The notes beneath the pieces were generated by a model that was given only the letters and a program-made list of their open reading frames with translations, made no database searches and was not told the origin of the DNA. This document shows positions 18,852-28,679 of a DNA stretch of 64,000 bases, piece by piece (position 1 is the first letter of the stretch; the number at the start of each line of letters is the position of its first letter). Source of the stretch: Thermoanaerobaculia bacterium (GTDB taxonomy: Bacteria > Acidobacteriota > Thermoanaerobaculia > Multivoradales > Multivoraceae); NCBI GenBank assembly GCA_963666565.1, contig OY762911.1, forward strand, positions 4,320,001-4,384,000. The letters run 5' to 3'. The position numbers were made by a program, and so were the translations under genes.

Positions 18852-21800
18852 TCAACGCGCCGCCGCGCCGGCGACGCAGGCCAACGCTTCGGTGTCGACG
18901 ATCGCCGGGGCCGGCTGCCCGGCGGTCGTGCCGTACCTCTTCGTCGCCCCGGTCACCGAGTCCTCCACCAGCAGGTCGAGGCCCATGTCGGTCGCCGAGG
19001 CGGCGAACACCCAGTGGTGTCCGTTGATCGAGCAGCCGTCCAGGACCTTCACCAGCACCTCCCAGTTCTCCGGGTCGAGGAACCAGAAGAGGCCCGCCCT
19101 TTCCGTGCCCGCCCGCGCGACGAGGCCCTCGTGCCGCTCGCCGCCCAACGTGGACGCCTCGATTCCCACCGAGAACCGGCCGCTCCCCAGACACAGCGTC
19201 GTCGGGCCGGCCTCGCACCGGCCCGCCGCCCTATCCGCCGCCGCGAGCCCGGGCGCGTAAGCTCTCGCTCCGGTCGCGAACCCGCCGAACGCCCCGTCGC
19301 CGGCGCGCTCCGAGGAAGCCGCGCCGGCCGTGGCCGCGTCGCCGCAGGCCAGGGGGAACGCCTCCGTGTCCACGATCGCCGACGCCGGCCGGTCCCGATC
19401 GTTCCAGTACGACCGCGAATCGCCGGTGACCGTGTCCTTCACCCGTATCCAGTAACCCAGATCGGTCGTCGAAGCGCCAAGTACCCACATCCGCCCGTTG
19501 ATCGCGCAGCCGTCCAGCACCTTGATCAGCACCTCCCAGTTCTCCGGATCGAAGAAGTGGAAGAGCCCCGAGTCGTTCGTGCCCGCGGGAACGACCCGGC
19601 CGCGGCCTCCTCCCCCCTGGCTGAACCAAGTGTCCCATTTCATCTCGACCTTGAAGCGCGAGTCCCGCAGGCACAGCGTCTCCGCGTCCGGCGTACAGGT
19701 ACCACGCGGCGCGGCCCCGATCACGGCGGGGAGGGAGAAGCCCCGCTCGTTGTACGCGTACACCCTCGTCGCGAACAGCGGGTCGTACCCCCACCCGAAC
19801 GGGACGAAGGCCGTCTCCGTGTTCGGAGGAACGCGCGCCACCCGGGAAACACCCGACTGAACCTCGAAGCCCAGTTCGTCGTCCGAGTTGTCCTTCCAGC
19901 TCAGGCGGGCCGTTTCTCCCTCGACGACCACGGAAAGGTCCGAGGGCGCCCGAGGCCCCGCGCCGCGAGCCCCCAGAGTCAGATGCGTCCGGGAGGGCAG
20001 GCTACCCCCATGGCTGTTGGTGGCCGCGACTTCAAACGTGTAGCGGCCGCCTCGGGCAAGCCCCTCGATGTCCACCGGGCTCCGGTCGGTCGGGGGCGAG
20101 TGGCGCCAGCCCTCGAGGAGGGCACTGACCCAGTAACTGTCGCTCCCGGGCTTTCCCGTCCAGCTCACCCGCACCGTCGTCGGCCCGATGGCCGTGGCCG
20201 TGAGATCGGCGACGGGACCTGGAGCGAGCGGATGGCGTCGCCAGCGGAAGGCCGCCGACTCGCCGGCCTCCGAAGCCGCAGTCTCATGGACCGCGAACAC
20301 CCGCACTCGGTACTCGCGGTCCCGGGGCTGTACCCTCGGCTCCCGGAAAGACTCGCTCGTCTCGTTTGGCAATGGCCATCTTCGCCCGACGGGCTCGCCG
20401 TCCTCCAGAAGTTGCACCTCGAACCCGATCTCGTTGTCCGAGTTGTCCGTCCAACGCACATGCACATGTGACGAGGATGCCTCCGCGACTACGTCAGACG
20501 GCGCCCTGAGCGGCTCGCCGGGGATAGCCAAGTAGGCGTAACCGCTCCGCAGGGACCGCTCCTCCCCTTTCGTCGCCAGCACGTGGCACTTGTAGGTCGT
20601 GCCCGGTTCATGGCGTTCCAGAGGAATCGTCGCCCGAGTACTGCCTTCGACCCGCCGAACGGTGTCTCTGCCATGGAAGTCGTAGCACCCCACCTCGTAC
20701 CCGTCCGCGTCCGGCGCGTTGCCCTGCCAGGAAAGGCGCAGGAACTCGCCGTCCCGCCGTATCCGAAGGTCGCTCGGCGGCGCCGGCACTCCCTCCATGG
20801 AACGCAGGTGGTCGCTGTAGCGCGCGCCGATGTGGACCGTTTCCCGCAACAGCCGCTCGTTGTCCCGCACGCCCGCGATGCCGACCGCGGCGCCCCAGGG
20901 CCGGAACCGCGGCGTGGAGAAGAACGGCTCGATCTGGCCCGGGTAGCTCATCGCCGTGCCGATGCTCGGCATCGCGTCGTCGTTCCAGTGGCCGAAGGCG
21001 TAGGGCCTGAACGCTGTCTCCGGCGCCTTGGTCGCGGCCGGGTCGTGGTTGGCGCCCAGATTGTGGCCAATCTCGTGAACGAAGGTGACGACGTAGTCGC
21101 AGTAGCCGGCGTTCGACGTCCAGGCGTAGGCGGCGTTGGCAAAGGTCCGTGCCGTGTCGCCCCTCTGCAGCGGGAAGGCTTGGCCGCAAGGGCCGGTAAG
21201 GGCCGGGCCTTCGCCCGTGAAGAGATGCACCAGGTCGGCCCGGTGTTCATGGCGCAGGCGCCACTGGTCTCCGTCCTCCCAGAGGAGCATCAGCAGGGGG
21301 CGCTTCGGAAAGCGCAGACGTTCGTCTCTCATGGCCCGGTCCAGAACGGCGGACGCCTGGAAGGCGTGGACGATGTGCGGCTCCACCGGGAGATCGTTGT
21401 TGCGAAACACCATCTTCAGGTAGTCGCCCGCGTGGCGGATCGCAGCCTCTGGTCCGCCGATGCCCGCCCAGTTCTCCGCCGCCGTCGCCGTGTACGCCAC
21501 CAGGATGTCCAGCCGGTCGTGGCTCTGCGGACTGCTCACCGGCTGGGGTAAATCGGCAGAGTGGGCCCCTGTTCGGGTATGGGCCGCAGCGTCGTGGGGG
21601 TGCTCCTCGATTGTCTCCACCTCGCAGAAGGGCACCCCCTCCGGCCGCGGACCGCCGACCGGCGCCATCCCGCCCCGGCCGTCCGACGCCGCATGGATCC
21701 GGTAGGCGCCTCCGCCCGCGGCCCCGAACCGGCCCACCAGGCGGCCGCCCTCCACCGTCAGCACCACCGTGTCGTACCCCGCGTCGGGGTGGCCGCCCGA

Positions 21801-22148
21801 CCACATCAGGTCGCCGCCGCCGCGGTCCTCGAAGACGCTCCGCTCCGCCGAGAGGACGCTGCCGTCCGGCGTCGGCACCTCCAGCCAGGGCGGCGCGCTC
21901 CGCAGCAGGCCCAAGTCCACCTGCACCGCCGTCGGAACCGGCCCGATCAACGGGCCTAGATCGTCCGTTGAGGACGCGTCCGCAACGCCCGGGACGAGCG
22001 TCAGCAACCGTTGCGCCTGAGCCGCGGAAGCCGGCGCAAGGAGAAGCGCCGCCGGCAAGCCGCACGCCAGCGCTGCGCGGCGGCATCCAGCGAGCAGTGA
22101 AGCCAACGGAATCATCGGGAGACTGCGATCAGCAGACCGTTCAGGCAA
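18852..22148 (-). CDS. Secreted M12-type (reprolysin-like) zinc metallopeptidase with FN3 domains and two C-terminal Cys modules
   Basis: HEIGHNLGANHD (HExxHxxGxxHD) with a TAMSY Met-turn, LDILVAYT, and FN3 motifs APSDL/WKDNSDDELGFEV. Start uncertain (22148 or ~22115). Confidence 0.85.
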   Translation of the reverse strand: MPERSADRSLPMIPLASLLAGCRRAALACGLPAALLLAPASAAQAQRLLTLVPGVADASSTDDLGPLIGPVPTAVQVDLGLLRSAPPWLEVPTPDGSVLSAERSVFEDRGGGDLMWSGGHPDAGYDTVVLTVEGGRLVGRFGAAGGGAYRIHAASDGRGGMAPVGGPRPEGVPFCEVETIEEHPHDAAAHTRTGAHSADLPQPVSSPQSHDRLDILVAYTATAAENWAGIGGPEAAIRHAGDYLKMVFRNNDLPVEPHIVHAFQASAVLDRAMRDERLRFPKRPLLMLLWEDGDQWRLRHEHRADLVHLFTGEGPALTGPCGQAFPLQRGDTARTFANAAYAWTSNAGYCDYVVTFVHEIGHNLGANHDPAATKAPETAFRPYAFGHWNDDAMPSIGTAMSYPGQIEPFFSTPRFRPWGAAVGIAGVRDNERLLRETVHIGARYSDHLRSMEGVPAPPSDLRIRRDGEFLRLSWQGNAPDADGYEVGCYDFHGRDTVRRVEGSTRATIPLERHEPGTTYKCHVLATKGEERSLRSGYAYLAIPGEPLRAPSDVVAEASSSHVHVRWTDNSDNEIGFEVQLLEDGEPVGRRWPLPNETSESFREPRVQPRDREYRVRVFAVHETAASEAGESAAFRWRRHPLAPGPVADLTATAIGPTTVRVSWTGKPGSDSYWVSALLEGWRHSPPTDRSPVDIEGLARGGRYTFEVAATNSHGGSLPSRTHLTLGARGAGPRAPSDLSVVVEGETARLSWKDNSDDELGFEVQSGVSRVARVPPNTETAFVPFGWGYDPLFATRVYAYNERGFSLPAVIGAAPRGTCTPDAETLCLRDSRFKVEMKWDTWFSQGGGGRGRVVPAGTNDSGLFHFFDPENWEVLIKVLDGCAINGRMWVLGASTTDLGYWIRVKDTVTGDSRSYWNDRDRPASAIVDTEAFPLACGDAATAGAASSERAGDGAFGGFATGARAYAPGLAAADRAAGRCEAGPTTLCLGSGRFSVGIEASTLGGERHEGLVARAGTERAGLFWFLDPENWEVLVKVLDGCSINGHHWVFAASATDMGLDLLVEDSVTGATKRYGTTAGQPAPAIVDTEALACVAGAAAR

Positions 22149-22232
22149 TGGGAACCAGAATCATACCCATTGATGCGACCAGACCTCGAAATGTCGGGAC
22201 CGCAGGCCGCCGCCGTCGTGACGAACCTCCGC

Positions 22233-23039
22233 TCAACGCGCCCCCGCGCCGCCAACACAGGCCAGCGCCTCCGTGTCGACGATCGCCGGCGACGGCTGGC
22301 CTGGCTCGTTCCCGTAGGACCGCGACTCGCCCGTCACCGTGTCGGTCACCGCGATCCGGTAACCGAGGTCCGTCGTCGAAGCGCCCAGCACCCAGACCCG
22401 CCCGTTGATCGAGCAGCCGTCCAGCACCTTGACCAGCACTTCCCAGTTCTCCGGGTCGAAGAACCGGAACAGGCCCGAGTCGTTCGTGCCCGCGTGAACG
22501 ACCCGCCCGGCGCCCGACTCTCCGGCCGAGGTCCGCCACTCCATCTTCACCTCGTAGCGGGAGTCCCGCAGGCAAACCGTCTCCGCATCCGCCCGACAGG
22601 AACCGGCAGGCGCGGCCGCCTCCACCAGCACCGTCCGCGTCGCCGAGTCCGAACTCGAGCCGTCGCTTACCGTCAGCGTGACGGTGTAGAACCCCGGCGT
22701 GGACCACGTGTGCATTGGCGACGCCGCGTCCGACGAGGCGCCGTCGCCGAAACTCCAGCGCCGCTCGGTCACGCCGCCGCCGCTCGTGTCCACGAGCCTC
22801 ACGGGCGTCCCCGTCAGCGCCCGGCAGAGGTCCTCGCTGCAACGGATGTGGAGTCCGAAGGATGCCTTCACCGGCCCGCGCGGAGTTTCCGCAGCGCGGC
22901 GAGTGCTGTATCCGCGCTCGTTGTAGGCGAAGACCCGGATGGTCTTTGCGGAGGGGGTCAGGTCGACGAATGGCCTGAAGACGACTGTTTCCGTATCCGC
23001 GGGGACCGTGAGCTCCCTGTCCCAGTTTCGGGTTCCGTG
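22233..23039 (-). pseudogene. 3' remnant of a paralogous exported protein (end of FN3 + PKD + C-terminal Cys module); 5' part lost at the IS21 junction
   Basis: Reads ...RVFAYNERGYS...WSFGDG...PMHTWSTPGFYTVTLTV (PKD)...CRADAETVCLRDSRY...VLDGCSING...ALAC*. Upstream of 23039 the frame runs into IS sequence. Confidence 0.8.
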
Positions 23040-23162
23040 TGTTGGGGGCAACTGTAAATCTCCCATTCGTGGCAACCGAAAACCGCACAGTAGGCGGTTT
23101 GCGGTAGCCGCTCCGTCGATCGATGCTGTCGGCTTCGCCAACGGCAATGGAGCGACGGATGG

Positions 23163-24188
23163 ATGTACGGATGGGAGATCAGGATGCAGTTGAGGCACTA
23201 CCTGGAGCGAGGCGTCTCGAAGGCGGAGTTGGCCAGGCGGTTCGGCGTCGGTCGGCGGACGATCCACGCGTGGATCGAGTCGGGCCAGTTGGACCGCGAT
23301 CTGTCGGCGGGCGAGGCGCGATACTCGCCGCGGCCGCGGGTCGCTCACAAGCTGGACCCGTACAAGGAGTTGATCGAGGTTCGGCTCGGCGAGTTCCCCA
23401 AGCTGTCGGCGAAGCGCCTGTTCGATGAGGTGCGCGCGGCTGGCTACGACGGCGGCTACAGCCGCGTGAGGGACTACGTGCGGGAGGTGCGGCCGCGGCC
23501 TGCTCAGGAGCCTCCGGTGCGGTTCGAGACGCCGGCGGGCCATCAGGGCCAGGTGGACTTCGGCACGTTCAAGCTGCCTTGGGGACGTCGGCATGCGCTG
23601 CTGGTGGTGCTCGGCTACTCCCGGCTGTTGTGGCTGCGTTTCTACACGCGCCAGACGATGCCGGTCCTCATCGAGGGGCTTGAGAGCGCCTTCGGTCGGT
23701 TCGGCGGCGTGCCGCAGGAGCTCCTCTTCGATCAGATGCGGGCCGTGGTCGTGTCGGACGACCGCTCCTCGGGCGGCGAGTTGGCGTTGAACGCCGAGTT
23801 TCTGCGGTTCGCTGCCCACTGGGGGTTCGTGCCGCGGTCGTGCCGTCCCTACCGGGCGCAGACCAAGGGCAAGGTGGAGCGGCCGATCCGATACGTGCGG
23901 GAGAGTTTCTTCTACGGTCGGCCCTTCACGAATGACGCCGACCTGAATGAGCAGGCCCAGCGCTGGCTGGAGGGCACCGCCAATGTGCGCCGGCACGGCA
24001 CGACGGGCGAGCGCCCGGTGGACCGTTTCGAGCGTGACGAGCGCCAGGCGCTTGGTCCCCTGGCCAGCCAGCCGTACCGGCGCCTGGGCGCTCGGCAGCC
24101 CGAAACGGCGGCCCGGCGCCGCTTCAAGGCGCCGAAGGTACAGGTGCAGCGGCGTCCCTTGCGGGAGTACTCGGAGGCGGTCCGATGA
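23163..24188 (+). CDS. istA: IS21 transposase
   Basis: N-terminal HTH, KLDPYK, RFETPAGHQGQVDF, LGYSR, FGGVPQELLFDQM, PYRAQTKGKVER (DDE/rve). Confidence 0.95.
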   Translation: MYGWEIRMQLRHYLERGVSKAELARRFGVGRRTIHAWIESGQLDRDLSAGEARYSPRPRVAHKLDPYKELIEVRLGEFPKLSAKRLFDEVRAAGYDGGYSRVRDYVREVRPRPAQEPPVRFETPAGHQGQVDFGTFKLPWGRRHALLVVLGYSRLLWLRFYTRQTMPVLIEGLESAFGRFGGVPQELLFDQMRAVVVSDDRSSGGELALNAEFLRFAAHWGFVPRSCRPYRAQTKGKVERPIRYVRESFFYGRPFTNDADLNEQAQRWLEGTANVRRHGTTGERPVDRFERDERQALGPLASQPYRRLGARQPETAARRRFKAPKVQVQRRPLREYSEAVR

Positions 24189-24982
24189 AGGCTCCGGCTG
24201 GCGACCGGCGGGCTCGGCTGCGGGCGATGCTGGCGGACCTGAAAACGCCCGGGGCGCTGGAAGCCGTGGACGGCATCCTTCACCAGGCCGACAGCGGCGC
24301 GGTGACCGCTTCCGAAGCGATCGAGGATCTGCTTTCGGCTCAGATCGTGCTGCGCAACAACCGCCGGCTGCAGGCGGCGATGCGCTCGTCGCGCCTGCCG
24401 GCGGTCAAGACGCTCGACCAGTTCGACTTCAGCTTCCAGCCCAGCATCAAGCGGGAGCAGATCGAGAGCCTCCACGAGCTGGGCTTCCTCAAGCGCGCCG
24501 AGAATGTGATTCTCCTGGGCCCGCCCGGGGTGGGCAAGACGCATCTCGCGATCAGTCTGGCGATCACGGCCGCCGAGTCGGGCCGCAAGGTCTACTACGG
24601 CACGCTGGCGGCCCTGATCGAGTCGCTGACCGAGGCGAAGGCCGCGGGAAACCTGTCGCGTCGGCTCCGGGTCCTCACCCATCCCGCCTTGCTGGTCGTG
24701 GACGAGATCGGCTACCTGCCGATCAGCCAGGACGGCGCAGTGCTCTTCTTCCAGTTGATCAACGCCCGGCACGAGCGGGCCTCCACGGTGCTCACCTCCA
24801 ACAAGGGCTTCGAGGAGTGGGGCGGCGTGCTCGGCGACGAGATCATGGCCGCGGCGCTCATCGACCGCCTCCTGCACCACTGCCACATCGTCAATATCCG
24901 CGGCAACAGTTACCGGATGAGGGCCCACCAGGACCTCCTGCGCCCTGCCCGCGAAGAGCGTAGCCAGAAAGCCGGCTCATGA
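24185..24982 (+). CDS. istB: IS21 helper AAA+ ATPase
   Basis: KTLDQFDFSFQP, Walker A GPPGVGKT, Walker B LLVVDEIGY, TSNK, DRLLHH; ATGA overlap with istA. Confidence 0.95.
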   Translation: MKAPAGDRRARLRAMLADLKTPGALEAVDGILHQADSGAVTASEAIEDLLSAQIVLRNNRRLQAAMRSSRLPAVKTLDQFDFSFQPSIKREQIESLHELGFLKRAENVILLGPPGVGKTHLAISLAITAAESGRKVYYGTLAALIESLTEAKAAGNLSRRLRVLTHPALLVVDEIGYLPISQDGAVLFFQLINARHERASTVLTSNKGFEEWGGVLGDEIMAAALIDRLLHHCHIVNIRGNSYRMRAHQDLLRPAREERSQKAGS

Positions 24983-25164
24983 TCAGCCGCCAACCCCCCA
25001 GCCTCGCCGCGCGTCCGGTGTCGGCCTCCGGTCGCTCCGCTCCCTCCGGCCGACACCGGAGTCCTGCGGCGCTTCTCCGGACGCCTGCCCCGACCTCTAC
25101 CGCCTCTCCTCGAGTGTGCAGTTTTCAGTTGCCACAAGTGTGCAGTTTTCGGTTGCCATTGACA

Positions 25165-27682
25165 CGCCGGCGCCGTACTCCCGGGCGGCGTTTCGCCACC
25201 TCATCTTCACCTCGAAGCGCGAGTCCCGAAGACAGAGCGTCTCCGCGTCCGGCAGGCAGGAACCTGTGGGCGGCCTGACCTCGGTCACGGCGGGCAGGGA
25301 AAAGCCCTGCTCGTTGTACGCGAATACCCTCGTCGCGTGTAGCGGGTTGTTCACGTAGGCGGATGGGACGAGGGCCGTCGTCGTGTCCGGCGGGACCAGT
25401 GCCAACCTGTGGCTCGCCCACTGAACTTCGAAACCCCACTCGTCGTGGGAGTTGTCCTTCCAGCCCAGGCGCGCCGTTTCTCCCTCGACGACCACGGAAA
25501 GGTCCGAGGGCGCCTCCGGTCCCGCCCCGCGAGCCCCCAGAGTCAAATGCGCCCAGGATGGCGGGCTGTAGCCATACTCGTTGCCGGGCCTGACTTCGAA
25601 CGTGTAGCGCCCGCCCCGGGCGAGGCCCTCGATGTCCACCGACTCGGTACGTACGCTCCCGATCAGGTGATGCCAGCCCTCAAGACGAGCCGTGACCAGG
25701 TACTTGTCGCTCCCGCGACTTCCCCTCCAACTGACCCTAGCCGTCGTCGGCCCGATGGCCGTAGCGGTGAGATCCGTGAGAGATTCCGGGGCCAGCGGAT
25801 GTCTGCGCCAACGAAAGGTCTCCGACTCGGCGCTCTCGGAACGGGCGGCGGGGTTTCTTGCGAACACCTTCACCCGGTAGTCGCGGTCCCGAGGCTGTAC
25901 CTTCGAAGTCAGGAAGTCCCCCTCCGCCCCCTCCGACACCCACTTGCGCGCGATCGGCTCGTTGCCCTCCAGCAGCAACATCTCGAACCCGAACTCGTTG
26001 TCCGAATTGTCCGCCCAACGGACCGTCAGGACCGAGTCGGACGGAACCACGACCACGTCCGACGGCGCCGCGACAGGCTCGCCGGGGATGCTCAGGAAGG
26101 CGTAGCCGCTGCGCAGGGACCGCTCTTCGCCCTTCGTCGCCACCACCCAGCACTGGTACCATGTGCCCGGTTCAGGGCGTTCCAGCGGAATCGTTGCCTC
26201 GCTGCGACCCTCGACCCGAAGGGTGGGGTCGTGACCGCCCCAACACCTGACCTCGTATCCGTCAGCTTCCGGCGCGTTGCCCTTCCAGGAGAGGCGCAGG
26301 AACTCGCCTTCGCGCCGTATCCGAAGGTCGCTCGGCGGCGCCGGCACTCCCTCCAGCGAACGCAAGTAGTCGCTGTAGCGCGCGCCGACGTGGACCGTTT
26401 TCTGCAACAGCCGCTCGTTGTCCCGCGCTCCCGCGATGCCGACGACGGCGCCCCAGGGCCTGATCCGCGGCGTGGAGAAGAACGGCTCGATCTGGCCCAT
26501 GTTGCTCACGGCCGTCCCGATGCTCGGCATCACGTCCACGTCCCCGTGACCGAAGCCGTACGGCCTGAACGCGTTCTCCGGGAAACCTGTGCTGCCCGGA
26601 TCGTGGTTGGCCCCCAGATTGTGGCCAATCTCGTGAACGAAGGTGACCACGTAGTCGCAGTAGCCGGCGTTGCTCGTCCAGGCGAAGGCGTCCGAGTGGA
26701 AATTCTTGGGCGTGGGCCCGTCATAGAAGCCCCTGATCAAGAGAAAGGCCCGGCCGCACGGACCGACGAGGGCCGGGCCTTCGCCCGTGAATAGATGCAC
26801 CAGGTCGGCCCGGTGTTCATGGCGCAGGCGCAACACGTCTCCATCGTCACGGAGCCCGTCCAACAGTCCTCGCCACCGGGAGCGTTGATCTCGCGCCGCC
26901 CGGTCGAGAACGGCGGACGTCTGAAAGGCGTGGACGATGTGCGGCTCCACCGGTAGCTCGTTGTTCCGAAACACCATCTTCAGGTAGTCGCCCGCGTGGC
27001 GGATCGCAGCCTCGGGGCCGCCGATCGCCGCCCAGTTCTTCGCCGCCGTCGCCGTGTACGCCACCAGGATGTCCAGCCGGTCGTGGCTCTGCGGACTGCT
27101 CACCGGCTGGAGAAGATCGGCGCCGTGGGACCCCGCCCGGGCATGGGCCGCAGCGTCGCGGGCGGCCTCCGGGACCGTCTCCACCTCGCAGAAAGGCACG
27201 CCCTCCGGCCGCGAACCGCCGACCGGCGCCATGCCGCCCCGGCCATCGGCCGCCGCGTGGATCTGGTACGCCCCGCCGCCCGCGGCGCCGAACCGGCCCA
27301 CCAGACGGCCGCCCTCCACCGTCAGCACCACCGTGTCGTACCCCGCGTCCGGGTGGCCGCCGGACCACATCAGGTCGCCGCCGCCGCGGTCCTCGAACAC
27401 GCTCCGCTCCGCCGAGAGGACGCTGCCGTCCGGCGTCGGCACCTCCAGCCAGAGCGGCGCGCTGCGCAGCAAGTCCAGGTCCACTTCCACCGCCGTCGGA
27501 ACCGGCCCGATCGACGGGCCGGGACCGTCCGCCGAGGAAGCCTCCGCAACGCCCGGAACGAGCGTCAGCAACCGTTGCGCCTGAGCCGCCGGAGCCCACC
27601 CAAGGAGAAACGCCGCCAGCAAGGCGCACCGCAACACTGCCTCCAGAAATCCGAAAAACAGCGAAATGGCTTGAAATCTCAA
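25165..27682 (-). pseudogene. Second M12-type metallopeptidase/FN3 paralog, C-terminal module truncated by IS21
   Basis: Near-identical prodomain to 18852..22148 and HEIGHNLGANHD. The module starts CLPDAETLCLRDSRFEVKMRW and is cut at 25165; the frame runs into the IS and stops at 25097. The catalytic part may still be expressed. Confidence 0.82.
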
Positions 27683-27790
27683 GAAGTCGTTAGAGTAGTA
27701 CGGTGCCTTGGCCGCGTAATCTCCAAACCCCCGGAACCTCGGGCCGCTGAGCCGGTCCCGCGAATAGCGGTTCCGTCAACGAGCCGCCGC

Positions 27791-28537
27791 CTACGGCAGC
27801 GTCATCACCAGGGGCTTCTTCCTCGTGACGACGATCGTGTGCTCGAACTGGACCGTCGTCGTGCCGCGCCTGTTGAGCAGCGTCCAGCCGTCCTTGGCCG
27901 TCTTCGCCTGCTCGCGGCCGTTGGTCAGGAACGGCTCGATCGTCAGCACCATGCCGTCGTGCAGGAAGCGGTCGTCGTTCGGGTCGTCGAAGCCGGGCAC
28001 GAACTTCGGCTCTTCGTGGAGCGAGCGGCCGATGCCGTGCGAGCCGAGGTTGCGGATCAGGCCGAAGCCTGCCCGGGTCGCCGTCTCCTCGATCGCGCGG
28101 CCGATGTTGCGCATGCGGCGGCCGTGGCGGGCCTGCCGCAGCGCCGAGCGCAGCGCCCGCCGGGTGGCCGAGATCATGCGGCGCTTCTCCCCGTTCACCG
28201 GCGGCACGGGGTAGGCCGCGCCGGTGTCGCTGAAGTAGCCGTCGAGTTCGAGCGACACGTCGACGTGAACGAGGTCGCCGGCCTCGATCCGCCGCTCGCC
28301 GGCGATGCCGTGCGCCACTTCCTCGTTGACGCTGATGCAGGTAGCGGCCGGAAAGTCGTAGCAGAACTCCGGCGCCGAGCGGGCGCCGCGGGCTTCCATG
28401 TACTCCCGGCCGATCAGGTCCAGTTCGGCGGTCGTCATGCCCGGCTCGAGAGACTCGCCCATCCGGGCGAGGCAGCGTGCCGCGACCCGGCCCGCCCGGC
28501 GCAGGGCCTCCAGATCCTCGCGGCCGCCGATCGTCAT
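27791..28537 (-). CDS. map: Type I methionine aminopeptidase
   Basis: FPAATCISVNEEVAHGI, GDLVHVDVS, GYFSDT, HGIGRSLHEEP, TIEPF, QFEHTIVVT. Confidence 0.95.
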   Translation of the reverse strand: MTIGGREDLEALRRAGRVAARCLARMGESLEPGMTTAELDLIGREYMEARGARSAPEFCYDFPAATCISVNEEVAHGIAGERRIEAGDLVHVDVSLELDGYFSDTGAAYPVPPVNGEKRRMISATRRALRSALRQARHGRRMRNIGRAIEETATRAGFGLIRNLGSHGIGRSLHEEPKFVPGFDDPNDDRFLHDGMVLTIEPFLTNGREQAKTAKDGWTLLNRRGTTTVQFEHTIVVTRKKPLVMTLP

Positions 28538-28679
28538 CGCGGCCCGCCGGCAGAGCGGCCGCCGAGCCGCCGGGCAAGGAACCGGGCGATTGCGGCGGCG
28601 TGCGACGCCGTCCGCGAGCGCCGGCTATTGCCCGGCTGCGAGGTTGTCGGCGGCGGTGCGCCGGTGCGCGAGCCGGCCA

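Larger units (their letters stand above)
23040..25164 (+). mobile_element. IS21-family insertion sequence
   Basis: TG...CA ends: left TGTTGGGGGCAAC at 23040, right reads TGTCAATGGCAAC on the minus strand from 25164. Subterminal repeats with 24-bp period (AGTGTGCAGTTTTC(A/G)GTTGCCA at 25113 and 25137). Carries istA/istB. Confidence 0.93.

Noticed and set aside
22233-23996. 587-aa ORF as an intact gene
   Set aside because: The N-terminal half is the antisense of istA; only 22233-23039 is genuine coding remnant.
24979-25278. Third IS passenger ORF
   Set aside because: Low-complexity translation that crosses the IS end; the region is the structured IS21 right end.
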